A stretch of 37,546 bases of DNA, taken from positions 1 through 37,546 of the forward strand of contig CACZII010000005.1 of assembly GCA_902781185.1 (NCBI GenBank). Reading direction: 5' to 3'. Shown here piece by piece: positions 18,166 to 28,234 of this stretch. Position 1 is the stretch's first letter. The number at the start of each line of letters is the position of its first letter. Source of the stretch: Fibrobacter succinogenes (GTDB taxonomy: Bacteria; Fibrobacterota; Fibrobacteria; Fibrobacterales; Fibrobacteraceae). The notes below the pieces were generated by a model. The model ran no database searches. It saw only the letters and a list, made by a program, of their open reading frames with translations, and was not told where the DNA came from. The position numbers and the translations under genes are program-made.

Positions 18166-19523
18166 ACGCCAGCCTTCATCCCCAGTTCCCTCATTAAGTC
18201 ATCATAGATACCTCTTGAGGCTCCCTGTGGATTTTCGGGTCGCAAATAGCTGTCTATGAAAGCAACTCGTTTAACCTTCATGTAATCATCACCCGCGATG
18301 ACAACTCGCTTAATAAACGACTCTATTTCTTTTCCTTTCTCGGACGTATAAATATTTTCCAAAATCGCCTTTCCGCATTCATTCCAATCGCGAACGACAC
18401 CCGGATTTGCTATCAAGAAAAGCATAGGCTTATAGGTACAAGTATACTCCGCCGTAAACGACCCACAGTCCTGAATCATGGCATCTGACGTAAGGAACAA
18501 ATCCACATATTCATCCAAACACACCTGTGTGTTCGGCATAGTTTCCCACAGATTATAATATGCTTCTCGACGTTCCTTATTCCAGCCAGGAATTGCCATA
18601 TCCAGTTTTTTTGCCAATTCAGGATGAGGTTTAAACACAAATTGCACCTGGTCGGCATATTTCTTGGCCATTTCGACCATAAAATCGCATATATCCAAGA
18701 AATTCGCATCACGGTTTTTCTCTAGCATGTGGTGATGGGGCGCCCATATAATACGTTTCTTTTTCTTTTCCTGGGGTTTCCACACATCCACCACACTCTT
18801 TTTTGGAAAAAAGAAGGAATCTAACAGGGGGTATCCCGTTGCAACAGCATTTACGCCCTTGTTAATTGCATGCTTTTTCGCCATGTCCACATGCATTGGC
18901 GTTTCATAATAAATCTTCCAAAGTTTGTTGTGGAAATCTCTATTGAAATGTTCAATATAGCGGTTGCTAATCATCCAAGCATAAGGAACATAGGCCTGCA
19001 AGCAGTCCATATTATTCTCATAGCCAAAATCTACAAACTTGCCATATTCGTGCCAACAATTCATGTGGAACAGGATATCCGGATTCATCTCCTTGGACTC
19101 GCGCTTCGTCAAAACACGCTGTTCTTGTTCTGAATAGGGCAAGAAGACATTGTAGCCACGTGTTTTAAAGTATTCATAAACTTTGCGCATATGCGGGATA
19201 TAATCCGTCTGAATAACAGCTCCCGCCGCATAGGGGACCACAACAATGTAGGGGTTAAACCGCTCATCCTTTTCTAACAGGCGGTAAACACCCTCATATT
19301 TCCACTTGTTGGTTTCCAATATGTAAAAGGCAACGTTGATTTTTTCACCAGCCGACGCCTTCTTTCGCACCTTTTGAAGTACTACGGCGTATATAGCGGG
19401 AATGCTGTCGTATTTATGCCGCAAAACAAAATTCCGGATTACAGAATACCATCTCGTCAAGATAAGCATATTATAGACGATTATCTCATAATACCGGATC
19501 TTATTGCGCAACTTCAAAAGCAT
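18162..19523 (-). CDS. Divergent CDP-glycerol glycerophosphotransferase (TagF-like) superfamily protein
   Basis: TGYPLLD, IIWAPHH, FKPHP, SDAMIQDCGSFTAEY..TYKP. Confidence 0.7.
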   Translation of the reverse strand: MLLKLRNKIRYYEIIVYNMLILTRWYSVIRNFVLRHKYDSIPAIYAVVLQKVRKKASAGEKINVAFYILETNKWKYEGVYRLLEKDERFNPYIVVVPYAAGAVIQTDYIPHMRKVYEYFKTRGYNVFLPYSEQEQRVLTKRESKEMNPDILFHMNCWHEYGKFVDFGYENNMDCLQAYVPYAWMISNRYIEHFNRDFHNKLWKIYYETPMHVDMAKKHAINKGVNAVATGYPLLDSFFFPKKSVVDVWKPQEKKKKRIIWAPHHHMLEKNRDANFLDICDFMVEMAKKYADQVQFVFKPHPELAKKLDMAIPGWNKERREAYYNLWETMPNTQVCLDEYVDLFLTSDAMIQDCGSFTAEYTCTYKPMLFLIANPGVVRDWNECGKAILENIYTSEKGKEIESFIKRVVIAGDDYMKVKRVAFIDSYLRPENPQGASRGIYDDLMRELGMKAGV

Positions 19524-19533
19524 ATCTTTTCCA

Positions 19534-20727
19534 TCAAGAATCTAGAGTCCAAGAGACTTTGCCGGTCTTTATAAATTCATCAATTTTACAGGCTATGTCG
19601 AGAGCGGCATGTCCCGATTCAAACAAACCCGTCCTTTCCTTAAAAGCAGCCCACTTACTGGAGTTGTCCTCTTGATCAAAATTCAATATGTTCGCTTCTA
19701 ATTCATCGTTATTATGAGCATAGGGGAATGGCAGTTCATCCATTTCGTAATATACACCACGATCTTTCTTGTATTCTTCAAAATCAGTTGCAAAAGTAAA
19801 GCAAGGAATTTCTCGCAACGCGGCGTCAAATATGCAACTGGAATAGTCAGAAACAACGGCATCAGATGCAATAATCAAGTCTTGCATGTCATTATACTGT
19901 GTAGCATCCAAATAGCCCTTACACAGTCCAACATCTCTGTCTTTCACATAATTTGCAAGAATCGGATGCCATTTCACCATGACCGTCCACGTTCCACCAA
20001 ATTTTTTCTCAAAAGCAGACTTCATTCGAGCAAAATCTATCCCATAAACAGAGAAATCCATCTCTCCATTCTTCTCAAAAGAATCCCTAAATGTAGGGGC
20101 ATATAGGACTATTTTGTCATTTTCTGAAATACCAAAATGATTTCGAACATTTACAGGTATTTCTGGGTTACCTTTAATCAACTTGTCATTCTTGGGGTAG
20201 CCGCATTTATATATCAATCCTTTATAACCGAACGCCCTGCGATAAAGGGTCGACAAATGTTCTGACTGCGAAATAAATACATCAGATATATTGCACGTAT
20301 TAATAATTGATTTGGCCAACCGAGGGGTTTCGCGAACGTGAGTCACATCAAAATTGATTTTTTTTATACCCAAACCACCATGAAAAGTTTCTATGACAAG
20401 CTGGCCTTTACGCTTACGCCACCCCATTCCGTAAACATGTGAATTAATGTACACCTTCGCCGTGGCCATTTCAAACAGAAACTTAAAGACATTGTTATAA
20501 TACACAGGCCGAACCCAGCTGGGCAAATCCACCTGGAATTTCTTATCAACCAGCCACACAAAGTCAATGTCTGGATTCAGCTGATGCAAGGCTTCAAAAA
20601 CATACTGGGGATTGTCTCCAAACTTTCGCCCACGCATGGTATTGCCGATAATCTTGTTTCGGATTGGAAATATGCAGAATATTTTAAACAGCAACCCTTC
20701 AAAAAAATAAATCAACTTACTAACCAT
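19534..20727 (-). CDS. CDP-glycerol/alditol phosphotransferase (TagB/TagF family)
   Basis: GDNPQY, ETFHG..IKK, GYPKND, LYAPTFRD, KWHP, VSDYSSCIFD; ATG at 20727. Confidence 0.9.
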   Translation of the reverse strand: MVSKLIYFFEGLLFKIFCIFPIRNKIIGNTMRGRKFGDNPQYVFEALHQLNPDIDFVWLVDKKFQVDLPSWVRPVYYNNVFKFLFEMATAKVYINSHVYGMGWRKRKGQLVIETFHGGLGIKKINFDVTHVRETPRLAKSIINTCNISDVFISQSEHLSTLYRRAFGYKGLIYKCGYPKNDKLIKGNPEIPVNVRNHFGISENDKIVLYAPTFRDSFEKNGEMDFSVYGIDFARMKSAFEKKFGGTWTVMVKWHPILANYVKDRDVGLCKGYLDATQYNDMQDLIIASDAVVSDYSSCIFDAALREIPCFTFATDFEEYKKDRGVYYEMDELPFPYAHNNDELEANILNFDQEDNSSKWAAFKERTGLFESGHAALDIACKIDEFIKTGKVSWTLDS

Positions 20728-20742
20728 AAAAGCCCCCACCAC

Positions 20743-22038
20743 CTAGCCTAACTTTTCCAACGATTCATCTTGTTTTTTTACAGGATTCCAAAATCTTGAA
20801 AAAATAACCCAAAAGACTATAGCGTATGCCAGATCAACAACAATCTTCTGATCCATGCCAAAACCGAAAATTCCGTATATTACCACATTTCGGGCATAAT
20901 AGAACATAATAAAATGGCACAAAAAAGAATTCTTCAACTTCTTAACAAAGCGGGCCACCAAGGCTAAAACAATGACCACAACATAAGACCCAATAACGCC
21001 AAATTCCATGTAAAGATCACCGAATAGGGTTTTAAAGTAATACATATTAACCCCATAGATATGCGTCCAAAATTCGCGCAGACCTTCCGCCCCGTATTTA
21101 GAGTCGGGAAGTTCAAGTCCACCCACCCATTCGAGTACTTTTGGGAAAAAACGAACACCATATGTATGAACATCCGTAGAATTCCAATAAACCAATCCCA
21201 AATTCAAGAATGGTTCACCAAAATAGCGGAAAATTCTAAACACCGCCACATCAGAATCACCTTTAGCTCGCGCAACAGAAACAACCAAGGCGTAAAACAC
21301 CAGACCAAGAAGAACCAAAATTACAAACGCATATAACAGCTTTTTCATCTTAACGGGAATTTCACTACTAAAATTCAAATAAATGTATATCATGATAAAG
21401 AAGTCGAAGAACATGCCTCCCCGACTGCCATTCAAAATAGGCGGAATTACATAAGCGCAGAACCCCAATACTAGGAATAGCAAAGCCATCATAGCCTGCT
21501 GGTTCTTTGAAATACGATAAAACTGAAGATAGAAAAACACTGGCATCACGCAAATGGAAAGCCTTCTTAAAATTTTAGATATTATTACCTCTACATCAGA
21601 TCCATATCTTAAACCCAAATCCCCGGAAGCACTCATGTAATACGCATCTCCCGCATCAGTAACAAGTCCGAATTGGAATCCATATAGGTAAAAAAGCAGG
21701 TGTGCCAAGATTAAGAACAAAAAGACAACAGAACACCGGGAAACACGTCGTTTTTCCCACCCCAATTCAAATTTTGGTATTGCCTTCAATGGATAAAGAA
21801 CAACAGCCATCATGACGAACATAAGAGCATATGGAATAAAGCTCAAATATTCCATACTGCGGTGGTCCGATATTTCGTCTTGGTATAAGCCTATTTCAAA
21901 GACAAACACACCTATACAGGCAACGACAAAATACATTGCCACCGAGAAAATGTAGAACGCACTACACTCATCGCGATTGCGGAAACTCCAAAAAAGCCAA
22001 AGTCCGTATAATACTATGTTGGCAACAAAAATTTCCAT
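20743..22038 (-). CDS. wzy: Polysaccharide polymerase
   Basis: About 10-11 hydrophobic segments, GSRGG motif, LYMEFG, low GC, capsule-locus context. Confidence 0.75.
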   Translation of the reverse strand: MEIFVANIVLYGLWLFWSFRNRDECSAFYIFSVAMYFVVACIGVFVFEIGLYQDEISDHRSMEYLSFIPYALMFVMMAVVLYPLKAIPKFELGWEKRRVSRCSVVFLFLILAHLLFYLYGFQFGLVTDAGDAYYMSASGDLGLRYGSDVEVIISKILRRLSICVMPVFFYLQFYRISKNQQAMMALLFLVLGFCAYVIPPILNGSRGGMFFDFFIMIYIYLNFSSEIPVKMKKLLYAFVILVLLGLVFYALVVSVARAKGDSDVAVFRIFRYFGEPFLNLGLVYWNSTDVHTYGVRFFPKVLEWVGGLELPDSKYGAEGLREFWTHIYGVNMYYFKTLFGDLYMEFGVIGSYVVVIVLALVARFVKKLKNSFLCHFIMFYYARNVVIYGIFGFGMDQKIVVDLAYAIVFWVIFSRFWNPVKKQDESLEKLG

Positions 22039-22100
22039 AAACAGTTAGCAACCCACAAATACTTTTATATATAATTTAGCTCTTTATCTGTCTCCGCTCA

Positions 22101-22916
22101 CTAAACATTCCTATATATCTTGTAATTATGGGCAGGTTTCCTCTGTTCTACAGGAGGCATTACCATATAATCGCCATAAATATCCCGGAGCAGCTTATCG
22201 TAATTTTTGGGAGCCTTAACTTTAATACCTTCAAATTCTAGATATTCGTAGTCCATAAAGCACTCTTTCGGCTTGGGGCAAAACGGTTCTTCCCAAGTGT
22301 AGCATTCCACATAATCACTATCCTCAAAAGAATACATCTTCGACAAATTCTTCAGTTTTTTTAAATAAAACGCCATCGGGAAAAGGTACGAAAACAGATA
22401 CACTAGATAATTTGGAATATTTACCAAAAGATGCGCAGATTTATAGTATTTTTTTGCTCGCTGAAAACGGCAGCACTTTTTCCAAAGTTTTTCCCTGGGG
22501 AGAATTTTCCGTTTAGCCCTTGAAATATTTTTCCCAAGACCATCCAAGGGATATACATCTATGAAAAGGCCCAGACTTACGTTATGAGCAGCCGTTTCCA
22601 TCCTGAATCGCGTATCACAAAAACGCGGAATCCCGTAAGGGTAACCAGGAGAATTTTCAAAATCAAAAAGTTTGTACGGTAAAAGAGCAGCGGCATTTGT
22701 TTTACAATAATCGACAAACTTGTCAAATTCAGGACGGGTCATCCAAATATCAAAATCATCGTCCCAAGGGATATACCCCTTATGACGAGCGGCCCCAATC
22801 AACGTTCCATACGCAACAAAGTAGTTTATATGAATCTCATCACAAATCTGGATTATCTTTCTTAAGAGGCCTAACGTTTCCTGTTGTATTTCCTTAAGTT
22901 CTAATTCCTTTTGCAT
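22101..22916 (-). CDS. licD: LicD-family phosphotransferase
   Basis: YGTLIGAARHKGYIPWDDDFDIWMTR, FIDVYPLD, YGDYMVMPP. Confidence 0.93.
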   Translation of the reverse strand: MQKELELKEIQQETLGLLRKIIQICDEIHINYFVAYGTLIGAARHKGYIPWDDDFDIWMTRPEFDKFVDYCKTNAAALLPYKLFDFENSPGYPYGIPRFCDTRFRMETAAHNVSLGLFIDVYPLDGLGKNISRAKRKILPREKLWKKCCRFQRAKKYYKSAHLLVNIPNYLVYLFSYLFPMAFYLKKLKNLSKMYSFEDSDYVECYTWEEPFCPKPKECFMDYEYLEFEGIKVKAPKNYDKLLRDIYGDYMVMPPVEQRKPAHNYKIYRNV

Positions 22917-24334
22917 ACCTGAAGCTTCCTTAATTTCTTCTTTATGAACCCAAAACTACGCTCTTCGAAGAAAAGTAGTAAAAAACACAATGTTGCAGCA
23001 ATCGCCCACCGAACAAACAATGCATCTATGAAAAGCCTCCCTGCAAAAATGACAAAAAACACCAACAAGCTTATCAGCAGTATTTTTTTCGTATCAAACA
23101 AGGACTTTCCTTCGATTCTATATGCCAATATATAATGGAACGTAAAATACAAGACGTAAGTCACAAGAGTCGTATATGCAGCAGCAATATATCCATATTT
23201 CGTGATGAAAATGAAATTCAGTACGATATTCAAAAGCGCCGCCGAAACTGTTCCTAAAGCAATAAATTTCGTTTTCTCATAATAGTATTCTACTGAAGCA
23301 GGGATATTGTACAAAAAAACAAAAAAGCCCGCCCCAACCACCGGCATAACGCTGTATACCGCGTCATGATAAGAACTTGGCGCCAAAAGACGAACTATCT
23401 CGGGACTAATCAGAATGAGGACAGCATTGAACAAGGCCATTAAGGATATATATATCGTGCTTGTCTTTTTTATGGATTCTAAATCATCAGAATGCCTTTT
23501 TTCGTAAAACCAAGGTCCCCACGCATTGTCTAACGATTGCAAAGTCACATGATATATGGTGTATATTGTATAACTAAAGCTGTATATACCCGCCTGTGCA
23601 GTTCCTATCATCCTATATATCATCACACGATCAAACTGAGAAAGAATTGTTTGACTCAACCCATGGGGAACAATAGGCAAACTGTATCGTATGCCCCAAT
23701 TCAAAAAACTTCTGTAGTTACATGGTCTCGCTTTTTTTATAAAACCAATGGAGATAACCAGACCTACTAGAAAAACAGGTAGAGTTGCCCCTAAAATACG
23801 TCCCATATAGGCTGAAGAGGCAAAGAAAGTCTTTATTAAGATAATGGATAACGCTATAGAGGACACGGCATTTGTTGCAGCAACAAGCAAATATTTCTGA
23901 AATTTGTACTGAAGCCCTACATAAGCATTAAAACAGCAGATAACCGCATACCCAAAACAACATGGCACCAATAAATAGATACACCTTCTTTCAAGTCCAA
24001 GAATATTTTCGAACACCCCGGAAAACAGCAAAAAAACGGCTATAAAAATCGCAACCATAAAGTACAACAACAGCATCGTCGTAGAGACATAGTTGTCAAA
24101 TAAATTTTTGCCATCCATATCTCCGTACTTATATTTTGCATTTTTATAGCTGCTGTGTATAGCTAAGCCAAGAAGAACCATACAAATGGATTCACTTGCC
24201 GTAAATGTATTGAAAGTTCCATAATCACTTGGCGTTAGCAGGTGCGTAAAAATAGGAATTGTCAAAAATGACAATCCTTTCAGCATATAGTTGCCAATAA
24301 CGTATCCCAGACCTGCCTTAATCGCCTTTGACAT
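22901..24334 (-). CDS. wzx: Polysaccharide flippase
   Basis: IPIFTHLLTPSDYG, FDRVMI, AGIYSFSY, YGYIAAAYTT; multi-TM MOP pattern. Confidence 0.9.
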   Translation of the reverse strand: MSKAIKAGLGYVIGNYMLKGLSFLTIPIFTHLLTPSDYGTFNTFTASESICMVLLGLAIHSSYKNAKYKYGDMDGKNLFDNYVSTTMLLLYFMVAIFIAVFLLFSGVFENILGLERRCIYLLVPCCFGYAVICCFNAYVGLQYKFQKYLLVAATNAVSSIALSIILIKTFFASSAYMGRILGATLPVFLVGLVISIGFIKKARPCNYRSFLNWGIRYSLPIVPHGLSQTILSQFDRVMIYRMIGTAQAGIYSFSYTIYTIYHVTLQSLDNAWGPWFYEKRHSDDLESIKKTSTIYISLMALFNAVLILISPEIVRLLAPSSYHDAVYSVMPVVGAGFFVFLYNIPASVEYYYEKTKFIALGTVSAALLNIVLNFIFITKYGYIAAAYTTLVTYVLYFTFHYILAYRIEGKSLFDTKKILLISLLVFFVIFAGRLFIDALFVRWAIAATLCFLLLFFEERSFGFIKKKLRKLQVCKRN

Positions 24335-24352
24335 ATTCCACGCCAGTGTTCC

Positions 24353-25252
24353 TTACCATTCGATAAATATCTTTCGATTGGTAGTATAAATATCGTGATA
24401 ATGTCTCAAACGGAAAAAGACATTCGAAATTTTTCCACGCAACGTCCTTATGTTGTCTCTATATTTTGGGACATATTCCAAAAACGCCTTCTGAACAGAG
24501 GAAATGTCTGCTATTCTTTCTTGAATGGCCGCCGCCAACGGAACTCTATCTACCCTTTCCCGATTCTTTTTCAAATGCACTAACTTTAAAAAGGATCTCC
24601 AGTGAGGCCGATGAGAAGCATTTTTCCCATGTATACGATGTCTTGTAATAACAAACTTTTCATAATGCAAGCCTTTGCTAAAACACGCCAAGGCCGCAAA
24701 CCACGTATCATGATACAGAACATTTTGAGGAATTGGCAATGCTTTTTTCAAAAAAATTGCTCGAATAAGCATCGAAGCACCCTGAAAACAAGAGCTCCCA
24801 TAAAAAATGCGATATGCCTTCGCTAACGAACTACCCGAGCAATCATAAAAGTAGTCAGCCTCACTCAAAGACATTCCTATTTCTCTACCATCGCCGTCAA
24901 TCAATACAGCGTCACCACAGGCGATATCGTTATCTCCTATGACATCCAGAAGCTTCTTTAAGTGTTCCTTTTCCCAAATATCGTCTTGGTCTGAAAGAGC
25001 AATATAATCGCCTTTACATAGGGATATCGCTTTTTCAAAGTTCTTTTTGAACCCCAAATTTGAAGAATTCCTGTAGCAATGAAGTCTAGAGTCCTTTTCT
25101 TCATTCTGTTTTAAAAGGGCCCATGTACCATCAGTCGAGCAGTCATCGCAAACAATGATTTCAATGTCGCTATAATTCTGGTTAAAAATGGAGTCTAACT
25201 GTTCCTGTAAGAACCGCTCTCCATTATATGTCGCCATTGCCACAGAAATCAT
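24353..25252 (-). CDS. GT2 glycosyltransferase
   Basis: ISVAMATYNGE, DDCSTD, LSDQDDIW, HDTW. Confidence 0.93.
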   Translation of the reverse strand: MISVAMATYNGERFLQEQLDSIFNQNYSDIEIIVCDDCSTDGTWALLKQNEEKDSRLHCYRNSSNLGFKKNFEKAISLCKGDYIALSDQDDIWEKEHLKKLLDVIGDNDIACGDAVLIDGDGREIGMSLSEADYFYDCSGSSLAKAYRIFYGSSCFQGASMLIRAIFLKKALPIPQNVLYHDTWFAALACFSKGLHYEKFVITRHRIHGKNASHRPHWRSFLKLVHLKKNRERVDRVPLAAAIQERIADISSVQKAFLEYVPKYRDNIRTLRGKISNVFFRLRHYHDIYTTNRKIFIEW

Positions 25253-25304
25253 ACTTCAGGTTTCTTCTATTATCCGATTAACATTCTAAACACAAACGCT
25301 TAAA

Positions 25305-26480
25305 CTAAGATACGAACGGCTCGATAATATTCTTGATGATAAAGTCGGCCGTCTTCTCGATGTCTTCGAACGCGACGCGCTTCGGCAAATCGACGTTGAA
25401 AGCCTTCTTCACCTTCGCGACGAGTTCGTCGGTATAGACGAGCGTACCGTTTTCCACGTTCTCGATGCCGTCGCAGTAAATAGACTTGCGGTTTGCAGCA
25501 CGCATGTCATCCATGCCAAAGAGCGAAGTATCGAAAGAGACTTCCGCCTTCGCACCGTCAATGAGTACCGGGTAGCCACCGATTTCGCCATCGACGCCGG
25601 GCGCATGTACCTTGGTCACCGTCTTTTCGCGGAGAGCGGTCAAGATGGAATCGATGATGTTGAAGTTGCTCGAAGCGTTCATCATGTTGCGCTTCTGGTC
25701 CACGGGCATCGGGATGGAGCAGGCGGCCAGCACTTCGGCCTGGTCAAACGGCAAATCCTTGCCATCCTTCTTGAAATTCAGGAGCAGCGTCTGGCCCTCA
25801 GCGTGACCTTCCTTCGATATCACCACGTCGTGGAAATGGCTCACCGCAAGTGTCACATCGATATCGTTCAGGTTGTCGATGTTGTACTTTTCGGCCATGA
25901 AGAACTTCATGCGCGGAATCAGGTGGTTCAGGTTACCGCTACCGAAATCAAAGTAAGTCTTGCCCGCAGACTTGAGCCAGGGGATCACGGCGTCGGAATA
26001 CGAGGTGTTGATGGTGACGGCGTTCGAGCCAGTCTTTTCGTAAGCGGCCATGATGTTCTTCGCATAACGGATAGAAAGCGGGGACCAGATGCCGTAAGCG
26101 CGCAGGTTGCTCCACGAGATGCTCCCGTACTTGAGGCCCGAATACACGCGGCTGCTGTTCACGATAAAGTCGGGGTTTGCCTTCTTGATTGTCGCGGCGA
26201 TGCTGTCGACATCGTTCAGGTCGCAGTCGCCGAGAATTTCAATCTGGCTGCGCAGTTCGCGACGGATTGTCGCTGCCGTGCGGACGATGTTCACGTCCAT
26301 CTGCATCTTAGCGGCATTGCGGCCCGCGACCACGATTTTCAGCTGCGGGTCACGGAGGCTCACCAAAAAGTCGAGCAGGAACGTACCGACGCTCCCGAGT
26401 CCGATAATCATAATCGTAATCGTCTCGTTCTTTTCGACCTTGGACTTGAGCAAGGCAATTTTCTTGTTCAGGATATCCAT
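25305..26480 (-). CDS. NAD(P)-binding oxidoreductase of unknown function (saccharopine dehydrogenase/LDH-like Rossmann N-terminus)
   Basis: True start MDILNKK at 26480, 2 nt after the upstream stop; IIGLGSVG, VVAGRN, INTSYSD, APGVDGEIGGYPV. Confidence 0.7.
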   Translation of the reverse strand: MDILNKKIALLKSKVEKNETITIMIIGLGSVGTFLLDFLVSLRDPQLKIVVAGRNAAKMQMDVNIVRTAATIRRELRSQIEILGDCDLNDVDSIAATIKKANPDFIVNSSRVYSGLKYGSISWSNLRAYGIWSPLSIRYAKNIMAAYEKTGSNAVTINTSYSDAVIPWLKSAGKTYFDFGSGNLNHLIPRMKFFMAEKYNIDNLNDIDVTLAVSHFHDVVISKEGHAEGQTLLLNFKKDGKDLPFDQAEVLAACSIPMPVDQKRNMMNASSNFNIIDSILTALREKTVTKVHAPGVDGEIGGYPVLIDGAKAEVSFDTSLFGMDDMRAANRKSIYCDGIENVENGTLVYTDELVAKVKKAFNVDLPKRVAFEDIEKTADFIIKNIIEPFVS

Positions 26481-26482
26481 AC

Positions 26483-27226
26483 TTACTCCATAAGTTCGCG
26501 GACAATGTTGTAGTCCGCAACGGTGTTGCAATTGAACCAAGCGTCGAATGTGACTACGTCGTACTCTTCGCGGGAAAGCTTGTTGAAATACGCTTGGATA
26601 ATCTCGAGGTTCGTGCCCTGGAGCTGCTTCTCGGTCAGGGATGCGACGGCCTCGTACAGCTTTTCTGCCGACTGGAACTTCCACATCTGCGCAGAATTGA
26701 ATACCGCCAGGAACGGCTCCGGAATCGTGAGCGAAGAATGATTCGTGTCGTACAGGTAATGCGGGCGGCCATCCGTCGATACGTAAAGCGCCACGGCCTT
26801 GTTCGAATAGATGGGTTCGCGATTGATCGTGAGCACGCTTTTTTCGCTATCGTAAACCGGCTTGAAATTTTCTTTCAAGAAGAACAGGTCGCCTTCAACG
26901 AAGGTGACATCGCCCGGTTCCTTCACGGCCTCGATGCCCTTGTACAGGCTGTAGCCCGAACCGTAGTCCTTGAAGTGCTCGTTATAAACCAGTTCAATCT
27001 TGTCGCCGTAGGCTTGGAGGTTTTCCTTCACATATTCTTCAAGAGCAGAATAGAGGTAGCCGCCCACGATGATGTACTTGTCGTATTCACCGCAGTTTTT
27101 GATAAGCTGGTTCAACAGCGCAAACTTCGGGGAATCCTTATAGTAAAGGCACTTCAGGGTTTCCTTTTCCGTGTCCCTGTTAAAGCGGGTTGCCGTCCCG
27201 GCAACGGTAATAATCAGGTACTTCAT
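26483..27226 (-). CDS. LicC/PntC-like nucleotidyltransferase
   Basis: VAGTATRF, IIVGGY, YNEHFKDYGSGYSL, VEGDLFF, WFNCNTVADY resemble the LicC GT-A cytidylyltransferase pattern. Confidence 0.7.
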   Translation of the reverse strand: MKYLIITVAGTATRFNRDTEKETLKCLYYKDSPKFALLNQLIKNCGEYDKYIIVGGYLYSALEEYVKENLQAYGDKIELVYNEHFKDYGSGYSLYKGIEAVKEPGDVTFVEGDLFFLKENFKPVYDSEKSVLTINREPIYSNKAVALYVSTDGRPHYLYDTNHSSLTIPEPFLAVFNSAQMWKFQSAEKLYEAVASLTEKQLQGTNLEIIQAYFNKLSREEYDVVTFDAWFNCNTVADYNIVRELME

Positions 27227-28221
27227 CTTTCAATACTCTTCACGCACATTTCAAGGCCTTCGTCGAGAGTCACAATGGGTTTCCAGTGAGTACGCGTACG
27301 AATCTTGTCGGTATTGAGCAGGCGACGTTCCGGGTCGGACTTGCGGAAACCTTCGAACTTGATTTTCACGTCGTCCATGCCCATCTTCTTCGCAATCAGT
27401 TTCACCAGATCCACAATGGAGATTTCCTCTTCGGTCGCGACGTTATAGACAGTACCGTCGAGAGCCTCGGGCGATTCCATGAGTTCCATCACGGCGCGGC
27501 AGCTGTCGATGTTGTGGAGGAACGTACGCTTGTTAACCTTCGAATTCTCGAGCAGCGTGACTTCGGGCTTTTCGAGAAGGTTGTTGATGATGTGCGGGAT
27601 AATGTGGTCGGCAAAGCGTTCATGTTTGCTGTACACGTTCGCAAAGCGGATGGAGCAGCCCTTGATTTTGCCCTTGTCCACGGCATCCTTCATGAAAAAT
27701 TCCGTAAGCAACTTGCCCACCGCATAGCTCGTGCGCTGGCTATGTTCCGCCGTCGCCATGACCAAGAAATCGTCTTCGCGGACGCCGCCGTTCGCGTTCC
27801 ACGACTGCATGGAATACACTTCGGAGGTGGAGCAGTTGATGTAGGTGTCGGCACCGAGGGCGATTGCCATTTCAAGGAAGGTCTTCATCGAGATGACGTT
27901 CGTCTGGAACGTATGTTCCACTTCGTAGAAATGCTTCGTGTGGACAACCGCAGCGCAGTTGATAAACACCAGGCGGCCGGAGTATGAACCCTTGAGGCTC
28001 TTCACCTTGTCGGCGACAGCGGCCATGTTTTCGGCATTGTTGATATCGTATTCGAAAAAGATAAAGTCATCGCGACCGACTAGGTCCTTGACCGTGTCGA
28101 TGGAACTGGCGAAGAAGTTGTCAAAACCGACAACGATGTTTTCTTCTTTCAGCAGCTGGTGCGAAAGTTCACTGCCGGTCATGCCGGTGGCACCACTTAT
28201 GACATACAGATTTTTCTTCAT
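27223..28221 (-). CDS. Extended SDR (NAD-dependent epimerase/dehydratase/decarboxylase-like)
   Basis: ISGATGMTG, DNF, STSEVY, YAVGK (YxxxK), RFANVY. Confidence 0.85.
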   Translation of the reverse strand: MKKNLYVISGATGMTGSELSHQLLKEENIVVGFDNFFASSIDTVKDLVGRDDFIFFEYDINNAENMAAVADKVKSLKGSYSGRLVFINCAAVVHTKHFYEVEHTFQTNVISMKTFLEMAIALGADTYINCSTSEVYSMQSWNANGGVREDDFLVMATAEHSQRTSYAVGKLLTEFFMKDAVDKGKIKGCSIRFANVYSKHERFADHIIPHIINNLLEKPEVTLLENSKVNKRTFLHNIDSCRAVMELMESPEALDGTVYNVATEEEISIVDLVKLIAKKMGMDDVKIKFEGFRKSDPERRLLNTDKIRTRTHWKPIVTLDEGLEMCVKSIER

Positions 28222-28234
28222 GTTAAGCCTCTGT

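Noticed and set aside
26481-26684. 68-aa N-terminal extension of the oxidoreductase ORF (possible overlap or frameshift fusion)
   Set aside because: A good ATG with GGAG-like SD sits 2 nt after the upstream stop; the extension looks like off-frame sequence
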